In this document: positions 56,561-64,000 of the stretch, in pieces | How positions within the stretch are numbered: position 1 is the stretch's first letter | Layout of the letters: each line of letters starts with the position of its first letter | Origin: an uncultured Gammaproteobacteria bacterium | GTDB lineage: Bacteria > Patescibacteriota > Patescibacteriia > Magasanikbacterales > GWA2-37-8 | Reading direction: 5' to 3' | DNA: 64,000 nucleotides | NCBI GenBank assembly: GCA_964634875.1 | Contig: CAZWKA010000008.1 | Location: forward strand, 978 to 64,977 | The notes under the pieces: model-generated | The model's input: the letters and a program-made list of their open reading frames with translations, nothing else | The model's database searches: none | Told to the model about the DNA's origin: nothing | Translations under genes and position numbers: made by a program

Positions 56561-57178
56561 ATGCACCTCTCCTGGCTGGGCCAAACTTGCCTTAAATTAC
56601 AGACCAAACAAATGGACGAAGACGTTGTTATTCTCTTCGATCCTTATAAACCGGAAAAAGGAGATTTCCCACGTAGTTTTTCTCCTCAAGTAGCCCTTTT
56701 TTCCCACCGCGAAGATGACAGCGCTACGCTTTCCCAAGACCCTTTCATAATCAGCACCCTAGGTGAATTTGATATCAAAGGCGTTCTCATAAGTGCTTGG
56801 CCTGGTTCGAACGGCACCATTGTTTTTAAGGTGACTGCCGAAGGAATGTCAGTTGTCCATTTGGGCAATACTACCGAAAAGCTATCAGCTGATTTAATCG
56901 AAAAACTTGGCAAAATTGATATTTTAGCCCTCCCGGTTGGAGGTGAAAAAAAATACCTTACTCCGAGCATTGCCGCCGAAATTGTTAACGACCTCGAACC
57001 GCGCGTTGTCATTCCAATGGGCTACCACTCTGATAATGACCCAGAAGTGAAACCAATTGAAGATTTCATTAAAGAAAGCGGATTAAAAGCTACACTTACC
57101 GACAAAAAAGTAATTCTTAAAGCCAAGGACTTGCCTCAAGAAGACATGCAGTTAATAGTCCTTGAAAAAAATATCTAA
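56561..57178 (+). CDS. MBL-fold metallo-hydrolase-like protein (degenerate metal motif)
   Basis: LSWLGQTC, VHLG, DILALPVGG, PRVVIPMGY; promoter TTGCCG-17-TAGAAT. Confidence 0.78.
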   Translation: MHLSWLGQTCLKLQTKQMDEDVVILFDPYKPEKGDFPRSFSPQVALFSHREDDSATLSQDPFIISTLGEFDIKGVLISAWPGSNGTIVFKVTAEGMSVVHLGNTTEKLSADLIEKLGKIDILALPVGGEKKYLTPSIAAEIVNDLEPRVVIPMGYHSDNDPEVKPIEDFIKESGLKATLTDKKVILKAKDLPQEDMQLIVLEKNI

Positions 57179-57272
57179 ATAACGGGTAGCAAGAACATCA
57201 AGGGGGCTCGGGAGGTATGCAGAAAAGTGTATCTCTGATCCTTCTCGAGCTTCTTTGTAGCTCGTTTTGCCT

Positions 57273-57761
57273 ATGCCACAAAAAAAATCAGGCGCTCCTA
57301 AAAAAACCCGACAATCTGCAGCGAAAAAAAAATCCACTGCGGACATCCCGAGTCTTGTGTTTAATGAAGCCTCTTTTAAAACAACCAAAAAAAAGCCTCT
57401 CCCCGAGACACCCGGCAGCGCTATACAGGCATATGAAACCGTGTTTACCCAGCAAGCCCAGGCCAAACGCTGGATGTGGATTGGTGTTGGTAGTTTCCTC
57501 CTCATGATCAGTATACTCTGGGGTTGGTCACTCAAACTCCAAATTGCCTCCTTCCGTTGGAGTGGCTCCGCTGAAGAAAAATTCCTTGAAGAAAACAAAA
57601 AGAATTGGACTGAGGCATTTAAACCAATTGCCTCCAGCACACCAACCGAAACACCTCAAGCAAAAATAAAGGAAACGATCGCCCTTATCCTTGAAGCCAG
57701 CAGCACAACTACTGCAACAACTACTGCAACATCAACAACACCAACCACTACTCAGCAATAA
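57273..57761 (+). CDS. Hypothetical single-pass membrane protein with Thr-rich tail
   Basis: Basic N-terminus, one TM helix, C-terminal STTTATTTATS. Confidence 0.7.
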   Translation: MPQKKSGAPKKTRQSAAKKKSTADIPSLVFNEASFKTTKKKPLPETPGSAIQAYETVFTQQAQAKRWMWIGVGSFLLMISILWGWSLKLQIASFRWSGSAEEKFLEENKKNWTEAFKPIASSTPTETPQAKIKETIALILEASSTTTATTTATSTTPTTTQQ

Positions 57762-57791
57762 TTTGCAAAGCAATTAAGCACCCTTTTTGTT

Positions 57792-60257
57792 ATGTCCCAG
57801 CAACCCAAACTGATCGTCCAAGAAGCCGGTAAAATTACTCCCGCCGCTATCGTTGACGAAATCAAGCAGTCCTACCTTGAGTATGCCATGAGCGTTATCG
57901 TCTCACGTGCGCTCCCCGACGTCCGCGACGGCCTTAAACCCGTGCACCGCCGCATTCTCTACGCCATGTGGCGCATGGGGCTGCGCCACAACACCAAATA
58001 TCGTAAATCAGCCCACGTAGTCGGTGAAGTGATGGCGAAGTACCATCCTCATGGCGACAGCGCGATTTACGACTCGCTGGTTCGTATGGCCCAAGATTTC
58101 TCGATGCGCCATCAATTAATCGATGGTCAGGGAAACTTTGGTTCCATGGACGGCGATTCGGCGGCCGCATATCGTTATACCGAGGCACGCCTCCGTGCCC
58201 TCGCTGAAGAAATGCTGCTCGACATTGAAAAAAACACTGTCCGCTCTGCTCCGAACTATGATGGCTCACACGATGAGCCAACAGTCCTACCCGCTAAAGT
58301 GCCCAACCTGCTGTTGAATGGAACAATGGGTATTGCGGTCGGTATGGCCACCAGTATTCCACCCCACAATCTCTCTGAACTCTGTTTGGGTGTTATCAAA
58401 CTGATCGAAAATCCAGAAACCACGGTCGAAGAACTCGCCGAGGTTATTAAAGGCCCCGACTTTCCAACCGGCGGCATTATTTACAACAAAAAAGATATCC
58501 TAGCTGCCTACACCAGCGGTCGGGGCGGCATCGTGATGCGCGCCAAAGCCGACATCAAAGAAAATAAGGCCGGTCAATTCCAGATTATTGTGACCGAAGT
58601 GCCTTACCAGGTGAACAAAGCTGAAATGATCGAAAAAATCGCCATGCTGGTTCAGGAGAAAAAAATCGAAGGCATTAAAGACCTCCGCGACGAATCAAAT
58701 AAAGAAGGCGTGCGCGTTGTGGTTGATCTCAAAAAAGATTCCTATCCGAAAAAAATCCTTAACCAACTTTTCAAACTCACAGCGCTACAGACCACGTTCC
58801 ATGTCAACATGCTGGCACTCGTTGACGGCATCCAGCCGCGCGTCCTTAACCTCAAAAATGTTCTTGAAGAATTTGTTAAGCATCGTCAGGTCGTGATTCG
58901 TGCCCGCACCGAATTTGACCTAAACAAAAATAAAGAACGGGCTCACATTTTGGAAGGCCTTAAAATGGCGCTCGACAAAATTGATTTGGTGATCAAAACT
59001 ATCCGCGCTTCCAAAGACAAGGACGAAGCGAAAACTGAGCTCATGGCTCAATTTAAATTCAGCGACCGCCAAGCGACGGCGATTTTGGAAATGCGCCTCC
59101 AACAATTAGCCAACCTTGAACGCCAAAAAGTAGAAGATGAGTTAGCTGAGAAAAAAGCTACCATCAAAGAACTCGAAGCCATTCTGGCCTCGGAAGTAAA
59201 AATCTTAAACATTGTTAAAACTGAAACCGAAGAAATTAATGAAAAATATGGCGAGGAACGCCGCACACAGATTGTCAGCCACGGCATCAAAGATTTTACG
59301 GTCGAAGACTTGATCCCGAACGAACCGACGATCATCATGACAACAACCGATGGCTACATCAAACGGCTACCCCCGGATACTTTCCGCCAACAATCCCGTG
59401 GTGGCAAAGGCGTCATTGGCGTTACCACTAAAGAAGAAGAATCTGTTGAGCAGCTGCTGACCACCAATACCCACGACAACATTCTTTTCTTCACCAACCG
59501 TGGACGCGTGTTCCAACTCTCTGCTTACGAAATTCCGCAGGGTAGTCGCACTGCCAAGGGTCAGGCAATGGTCAATTTCCTCCAGCTTGCCCCGAACGAA
59601 AAAGTCAGCACCATGCTATCAATGAGCGACCTGACGGATCTGAAATACCTGGTGATGGTTACCAAAAAAGGTCTCATTAAAAAAACTGCCCTTGAAGACT
59701 ATGCCAACGTGCGCCGAAGCGGCCTTATCGCCCTTAAACTCCGACTCGATGACAGCATGGAATGGGTACGTCCATCAAGTGGCGCTGACGATATTATGAT
59801 CGCCACCAAAGAAGGACAGGCGATCCGCTTCAAAGAAAGCGATGCCAGGTCCATGGGTCGTACGGCGAGCGGTGTGCGCGGTATTCGCCTGCACGGAAAT
59901 GACGAAGTCATCGGTATGGATACAGTTGACCCCAAAAATAAAAGTATTGAATTCTTGACGATTGGTGAAAACGGCCTCGGCAAGCTAACCGAGATTGCTA
60001 ATTACAAAGTCCAGGGACGTGGTGGCAGCGGTATCAAAACTGCCAAAGTAAGTGAAAAAACCGGCTTCGTCATTCACGGTAGTGCAGTAGATACAGCCAA
60101 AGCCGATGAGCGCGATATCGTCATGATGTCCACCAAAGGTCAGGTTATTCGTATGCCATTCAAATCCATCCCCTCTTCTGGACGCGCTACGCAAGGCGTA
60201 CGCCTGATGCGCTTCAAAGAAGAAGATGACAAAGTTGTCAGCGTAACACTCATCTAA
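57792..60257 (+). CDS. gyrA: DNA gyrase subunit A
   Basis: [29 protein letters not shown], GyrA-box QSRGGKG. Confidence 0.97.
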   Translation: MSQQPKLIVQEAGKITPAAIVDEIKQSYLEYAMSVIVSRALPDVRDGLKPVHRRILYAMWRMGLRHNTKYRKSAHVVGEVMAKYHPHGDSAIYDSLVRMAQDFSMRHQLIDGQGNFGSMDGDSAAAYRYTEARLRALAEEMLLDIEKNTVRSAPNYDGSHDEPTVLPAKVPNLLLNGTMGIAVGMATSIPPHNLSELCLGVIKLIENPETTVEELAEVIKGPDFPTGGIIYNKKDILAAYTSGRGGIVMRAKADIKENKAGQFQIIVTEVPYQVNKAEMIEKIAMLVQEKKIEGIKDLRDESNKEGVRVVVDLKKDSYPKKILNQLFKLTALQTTFHVNMLALVDGIQPRVLNLKNVLEEFVKHRQVVIRARTEFDLNKNKERAHILEGLKMALDKIDLVIKTIRASKDKDEAKTELMAQFKFSDRQATAILEMRLQQLANLERQKVEDELAEKKATIKELEAILASEVKILNIVKTETEEINEKYGEERRTQIVSHGIKDFTVEDLIPNEPTIIMTTTDGYIKRLPPDTFRQQSRGGKGVIGVTTKEEESVEQLLTTNTHDNILFFTNRGRVFQLSAYEIPQGSRTAKGQAMVNFLQLAPNEKVSTMLSMSDLTDLKYLVMVTKKGLIKKTALEDYANVRRSGLIALKLRLDDSMEWVRPSSGADDIMIATKEGQAIRFKESDARSMGRTASGVRGIRLHGNDEVIGMDTVDPKNKSIEFLTIGENGLGKLTEIANYKVQGRGGSGIKTAKVSEKTGFVIHGSAVDTAKADERDIVMMSTKGQVIRMPFKSIPSSGRATQGVRLMRFKEEDDKVVSVTLI

Positions 60258-60266
60258 AAAAGTACA

Positions 60267-60302
60267 AACAAAAAGACAACCGCTATGGTTGTCTTTTTGT
60301 TT
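60267..60302. terminator. Bidirectional terminator after gyrA
   Basis: AAACAAAAAGACAACC-gctat-GGTTGTCTTTTTGTTT. Confidence 0.85.
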
Positions 60303-60487
60303 ATTCCTTCATAATACATGAAGGAATAAAGAACGGACTTCGGCTCGTAATTGTACCGAGCAATGCCGGAACGAAGCCTGGACAGACGTTTGACATGTTC
60401 ATGAACTTGACGCAGCAGCAGCCGACGTTTTTCTATCGAAAAAGTAGGGTTGCGTTGTGTCTACGGCGACAAACTTCGATTGTTTCG

Positions 60488-60559
60488 TGCCCCCATGAGG
60501 AATCGAACCTCAATCGCAAGCTTCGGAGGCTCGCATTTTATCCATTAAACTATGGAGGC
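60488..60559 (-). tRNA. tRNA-Arg (anticodon CCG)
   Basis: Acceptor GCCTCCA/TGGGGGC; anticodon arm CGAGC-CTCCGAA-GCTTG; T arm TGAGG-TTCGATT-CCTCA. Confidence 0.93.
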
Positions 60560-60564
60560 AAATT

Positions 60565-61566
60565 TTATACAAGTCTACGCAACCGCCGCAAAAGTTGATA
60601 TATCCTATACTGGAGCGGCCGAAGAATCAAGTCAAACGTCCCAGGCGTTTCTACAACACTACCACCGAACCCTAATTTGAATCTTGTTACTCCGGCATAC
60701 TGGTGTTTCGGATCATACACATATTCTTCAGTTTCGAGTTTGGAGTTTGGAATCACAAGACGAGGTGCAATCCCAAAAAAATCATACTTTATGTATCCTA
60801 ATTTTTTACCAAGCTTAATCCCCTCCCACTGCAAGAGGTAGGGTGCCATCAGTGAACGGTACTCGTGATCCGATGCGCCGAACAAATACGTGAATGTATC
60901 ACCCGAACCTACAAACACGGCTGTTGCAACAGCTTTTTCTTCATGAACGACCGTAAGTTGTAGACTAAAACTCGAATTAAAAATCGCCTGATAATGCTTT
61001 TCTTCGTGCAACCTGAAACCGTCCCGCTCACCAGTTTTTTTCATGAGCCCAATAAATACGGCGTACTTTTTTTCTGAAATAATTTTTAACCCTTTCTTTT
61101 CAGCCAAACGAATATTGTAGCGAGTTTTTTGGTGCATAGCCGCAAGCAACTCATCTTCGGATTTGGCCAGGTCGAGGATCGTCGTCGTGCGAGGGTTGAT
61201 ATCAATCGATTTTTGATAGTGGATAGTGGATAGTGGATTTTTTACGATAAATTCAGGCTCATATCTAAAAAAAAGACAATCTTTTTTCTTAAGATACACA
61301 GACAAAACGTCAAGTGCTTTTATTCCTTGCTCCTTATTCATTGCTCCTTTCGCAAAAACCGGCCCTTTTGGACAAAAGGCGTACAGCCAGCCAAACGGGA
61401 GTTTGCCATAAACAATCTGAGCCTTTACCACCGCCGTGCCATTTTCCATCACGCTGAGGCGCTCAACCTGCCTTTTCTCTGAAACCAAAATTTCACCCCA
61501 ACCCCAGGATTGCGGGAAAACGCTTGTTTTCCAGTCAGTTTTGTCGCTTTCCAGCCGAATTTTCAT
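60565..61566 (-). CDS. FemABX-family peptidoglycan peptidyl transferase (FemX-like)
   Basis: QSWGWG, PKGP, KTRYNIRLAEKKG, YLLQWE, YDFFGI, GVTRFKLGFGG. Confidence 0.9.
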   Translation of the reverse strand: MKIRLESDKTDWKTSVFPQSWGWGEILVSEKRQVERLSVMENGTAVVKAQIVYGKLPFGWLYAFCPKGPVFAKGAMNKEQGIKALDVLSVYLKKKDCLFFRYEPEFIVKNPLSTIHYQKSIDINPRTTTILDLAKSEDELLAAMHQKTRYNIRLAEKKGLKIISEKKYAVFIGLMKKTGERDGFRLHEEKHYQAIFNSSFSLQLTVVHEEKAVATAVFVGSGDTFTYLFGASDHEYRSLMAPYLLQWEGIKLGKKLGYIKYDFFGIAPRLVIPNSKLETEEYVYDPKHQYAGVTRFKLGFGGSVVETPGTFDLILRPLQYRIYQLLRRLRRLV

Positions 61567-61738
61567 AGAATTTCCTCAATACTACCTGAGATTAGGCTAA
61601 AAATCAATAATTTAAGCTTTTACGGGGCTATCCCTTGCCAAAACAAGGGATTTGTAGTATAGTGACAACGTTCGTAAAGGATATTGTCGCCTAGACTTTA
61701 TAAACTTTAAGGACTTTATACAAATTTATAAACTTCGT

Positions 61739-61948
61739 ATGGGTTTACCCGGTCATCGTCGGACATCCTCTGACAAACGCAAACGCGCCGCTCATTTCGC
61801 TCTGACCGAAATGACGATCCAAAAATGCCCCAAATGCCAGAAACCGCTCCTCCCTCATCGCGCCTGCGCTAACTGCGGCATGTACAAAGGACGCCAAGTT
61901 TTGAATGTCAGCAAAAAATTAACCAGGAAAGCTGCTGCTAAAAAATAA
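61739..61948 (+). CDS. rpmF: 50S ribosomal protein L32
   Basis: KRKRAAH, CPKC, PHRACANCGMYKGRQV. Confidence 0.96.
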   Translation: MGLPGHRRTSSDKRKRAAHFALTEMTIQKCPKCQKPLLPHRACANCGMYKGRQVLNVSKKLTRKAAAKK

Positions 61949-61974
61949 GGCAGGCTTTATTGTAGGAGGTTTTA

Positions 61975-62047
61975 AAAACCCTAATTCCTAATGTCTAAAC
62001 TCTTGTGAGCGAATTAGACATTAGCTCATTAGGATTTAGACATCGGT
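61975..62047. repeat. 7-bp-periodic palindromic element (family B)
   Basis: CTAATTC CTAATGT CTAA ... TTAG ACATTAG; core CTAATGTCTAA/TTAGACATTAG; similar to 50107-50175. Confidence 0.65.
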
Positions 62048-62050
62048 TCT

Positions 62051-62506
62051 ATGTCCAATCGCCATCTCGCTCGTTCTATCGCTATGCAATCCCTGTTTGA
62101 ATGGGATTTTCGGGGCGAACCGACTGCCGGGCTCCCGGCTATCGTTGACCACAACTTGGTTGAATTTGGCCCCGGCCTCGAAGAACAGCAATTTGCCAAA
62201 ACCCTTGTCGATGGTGTTATCGAACACCGCTCTGAAATTGACACACTCCTGACGCACTATGCTCCGAGTTGGCCAATCGGCCAAATTACCATTGTCGACC
62301 GTAATATTCTGCGCATCGGTATTTATGAACTTAAATTTTCTAAAGACGTGCCGCCAAAAGTAGCTATCAACGAAGCGATCGAGATCGCAAAAAGCTACGG
62401 TGGCCCTTCAAGCGGCAAATTCATCAATGGTGTCCTCGGTTCCATGTATAACGATCTGCAAAAAGAAACTCCTGCCGCCCCGACCACACCAAACCCTGCT
62501 ACTTAA
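62051..62506 (+). CDS. nusB: Transcription antitermination factor NusB
   Basis: [41 protein letters not shown]. Confidence 0.96.
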   Translation: MSNRHLARSIAMQSLFEWDFRGEPTAGLPAIVDHNLVEFGPGLEEQQFAKTLVDGVIEHRSEIDTLLTHYAPSWPIGQITIVDRNILRIGIYELKFSKDVPPKVAINEAIEIAKSYGGPSSGKFINGVLGSMYNDLQKETPAAPTTPNPAT

Positions 62507-62520
62507 TATTTTATTCATAG

Positions 62521-62590
62521 TATCGCCTATCGCCTATCGCTTTTACTTCTTTGCAAGTTAGCGCTACACGAAATGCGATATACGCCTTAC
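62521..62590. repeat. Heptamer tandem tract with degenerate inverted arm
   Basis: TATCGCC TATCGCC TATCGCT ... TAGCGC TACACGA AATGCGA TATACG. Confidence 0.55.
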
Positions 62591-62594
62591 GTAT

Positions 62595-63374
62595 ATGCCC
62601 GCCATACCTTCGGTCGCTGAACTACCTGAAGTTCAAGAAAAAAACTTCGCCAAACTTGAAGACCACATCAATATTAAATTTAAAAACATCAACTTTTTGG
62701 TGCAGGCGTTTGTCCACCGCTCCTACCTTAATGAACACCACGATTTTCCGCTTGGCCACAATGAACGCCTCGAATTTCTCGGCGACGCCGTGCTCGAGCT
62801 GATTGTCACCGAATTTTTGTTTGAGGAGTATCTCAATCCCGAAGGCGAACTGACCAACTGGCGCGCGGCGCTTGTGAACGCCAAAATTCTGGCCGGTATT
62901 GCCTACGAAATCGGCATGGAGCCGTTCCTCTTCCTCAGCCACGGCGAAGCCAAAGATAGCGGCACTAAAGCGCGTGAGTATATTATGGCCAACACCATCG
63001 AAGCAGTTATCGGGGCAATTTACCTCGACCAAGGCTATGATATTTCGCGCCAATTTATCACCCGCTGGATTATTTCGCGTCTTCCCCAAGTCCTTGAACA
63101 AGGCCTCTACATGGATGCCAAGAGCCGTTTCCAAGAGTCTGCCCAAGAACTCCTGGGCATCACCCCCACCTATCGCGTTCTCCACGAGGAAGGGCCTGAC
63201 CACGCCAAAAATTTCAAAGTCGGCGTTTTCCTTGATAAAGAACTGATCGCCTCTGGTAACGGTACCAGCAAGCAAGAAGCCCAGACCGACGCCGCTGAAA
63301 ATGCGATCAAAATCAAAAAATGGAAAGGACCAAAAATTAACATCGTGAAGCGTGAAGCCGGGGGCCCTCTCTAG
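62595..63374 (+). CDS. rnc: Ribonuclease III
   Basis: HNERLEFLGDAVL, EAVIGAIYLDQG; dsRBD. Confidence 0.97.
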   Translation: MPAIPSVAELPEVQEKNFAKLEDHINIKFKNINFLVQAFVHRSYLNEHHDFPLGHNERLEFLGDAVLELIVTEFLFEEYLNPEGELTNWRAALVNAKILAGIAYEIGMEPFLFLSHGEAKDSGTKAREYIMANTIEAVIGAIYLDQGYDISRQFITRWIISRLPQVLEQGLYMDAKSRFQESAQELLGITPTYRVLHEEGPDHAKNFKVGVFLDKELIASGNGTSKQEAQTDAAENAIKIKKWKGPKINIVKREAGGPL

Positions 63375-63438
63375 GGACTGGACAAAAAACTCATAATCGA
63401 TTATCTTGTTAATGCCGCAAGGCTTAACCAGATTACCA

Positions 63439-63511
63439 GGGTCGGTAGCTCAGCTGGTAGAGCAGATCCCTCTTAAGGATAAGGTCCTGGGTTCGATCCC
63501 CAGCCGACCCA
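63439..63511 (+). tRNA. tRNA-Lys (anticodon CTT)
   Basis: Acceptor GGGTCGG/CCGACCC; anticodon loop CTCTTAA; T arm CTGGG-TTCGATC-CCCAG. Confidence 0.94.
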
Positions 63512-63519
63512 CAGAAGCA

Positions 63520-63640
63520 AGTTCAAAACGCAAAGCTTAAAACGCAAAACTTTAGTATTCGCTCCGCTCATCTATTTTAAAAAATATTATCGCGCAGCGA
63601 CACTTTATTTTTGAACTTTAAGCTTTGCGTTTTACGTTTA
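63520..63640. repeat. 7-bp-periodic palindromic element (family A) in the tRNA spacer
   Basis: 17-bp perfect inverted repeat AAAACGCAAAGCTTAAA/TTTAAGCTTTGCGTTTT built from heptamers; inner TCGCTCCGC...GCGCAGCGA. Confidence 0.7.
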
Positions 63641-63643
63641 TTT

Positions 63644-63715
63644 GCCCTCGTCGTTCAACGGATAGGACGGCAGCCTTCGAAGCTGCATATGTGGGTTCGA
63701 TTCCTGCCGAGGGCA
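63644..63715 (+). tRNA. tRNA-Arg (anticodon TCG)
   Basis: Acceptor GCCCTCG/CGAGGGC; anticodon arm GCAGC-CTTCGAA-GCTGC; T arm GTGGG-TTCGATT-CCTGC. Confidence 0.94.
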
Positions 63716-63742
63716 CAATAAAGAAAATTGCTCGAACACAAT

Positions 63743-63771
63743 AAAATACTACGCACGCGTAGTATTTTTAA
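63743..63771 (+). terminator. Terminator-like hairpin after the tRNAs
   Basis: TAAAATACTACG-cacg-CGTAGTATTTT. Confidence 0.7.
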
Positions 63772-64000
63772 ATAAGTGCAGTCACTACGACTGTGCAGTG
63801 GGACAAAAAATAATTTAAAACAACGCTCTTCCAAATCATTTCCAAAATTTTCATTATCATTTTTAAAATACATCATAAAATTTTCTTTGCCTGTGCATAA
63901 CTTTCGCTTGACCTATTTATTTATTTCTCAAAACAATCTATAATGAACGTAGGTCGAAAGAAAAATTTTTACATCAATGCTTGTTATGTAAAAATTCTTC

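Noticed and set aside
62622-63275. 217-aa antisense ORF over rnc
   Set aside because: Shadow of a conserved gene
63880-64000. DnaA-box-like TGTGCATAA in AT-rich DNA as a possible oriC
   Set aside because: Single imperfect box, no cluster and no dnaA in view; more simply the promoter region of the next gene
1-64000. CRISPR array, IS element, integron or prophage
   Set aside because: No regularly spaced direct repeats, transposase, integrase, attC-like series or phage gene cluster seen; the repeats found are short-period tracts and hairpins
1-64000. Alternative genetic code (UGA as Gly, code 25)
   Set aside because: Conserved genes are full length under code 11, Gly motifs use GGN codons, and TGA acts as a stop (for example at 34367 and 43445)

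Overview
Housekeeping-rich chromosomal segment of a code-11 bacterium that looks like a Patescibacteria/CPR member. This is inferred from a T4SS-type pilin, DUF4012 and baseplate-J-like membrane proteins, short UvrC and ThrS, tRNA-Ile(UAU) and SD-less starts. It carries translation genes (rplS, rpmE, rplY, rpsA, rpmF, prfA-prmC, thrS, miaA, rluD, rsmE, partial queA, rnc, nusB), NER genes (two uvrA paralogs, uvrB, uvrC), gyrA, ftsH, rodA, mltG, a FemX-like gene, pilB, a surface-glycan cluster, an NRMT-type Mg transporter pair, RNase P RNA and four tRNAs. The most striking signal is two gene grammars side by side. All 48 resident ATG starts checked read TATG and none shows an obvious Shine-Dalgarno. 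Five GC-rich single-gene cassettes (two lipoproteins, two POT/MFS transporters, one 66-aa antisense ORF) instead have SD sites, C at -1, pyrimidine tracts after the stop and 3' hairpins. They are driven by resident-type sigma70 promoters, three of them followed by a hairpin plus an rRNA-like boxA. Also notable are a compact T-box riboswitch upstream of hpt-thrS and families of 7-bp-periodic palindromic elements. No CRISPR array, transposase or prophage was seen. All calls are by eye; no searches or folding programs were run.
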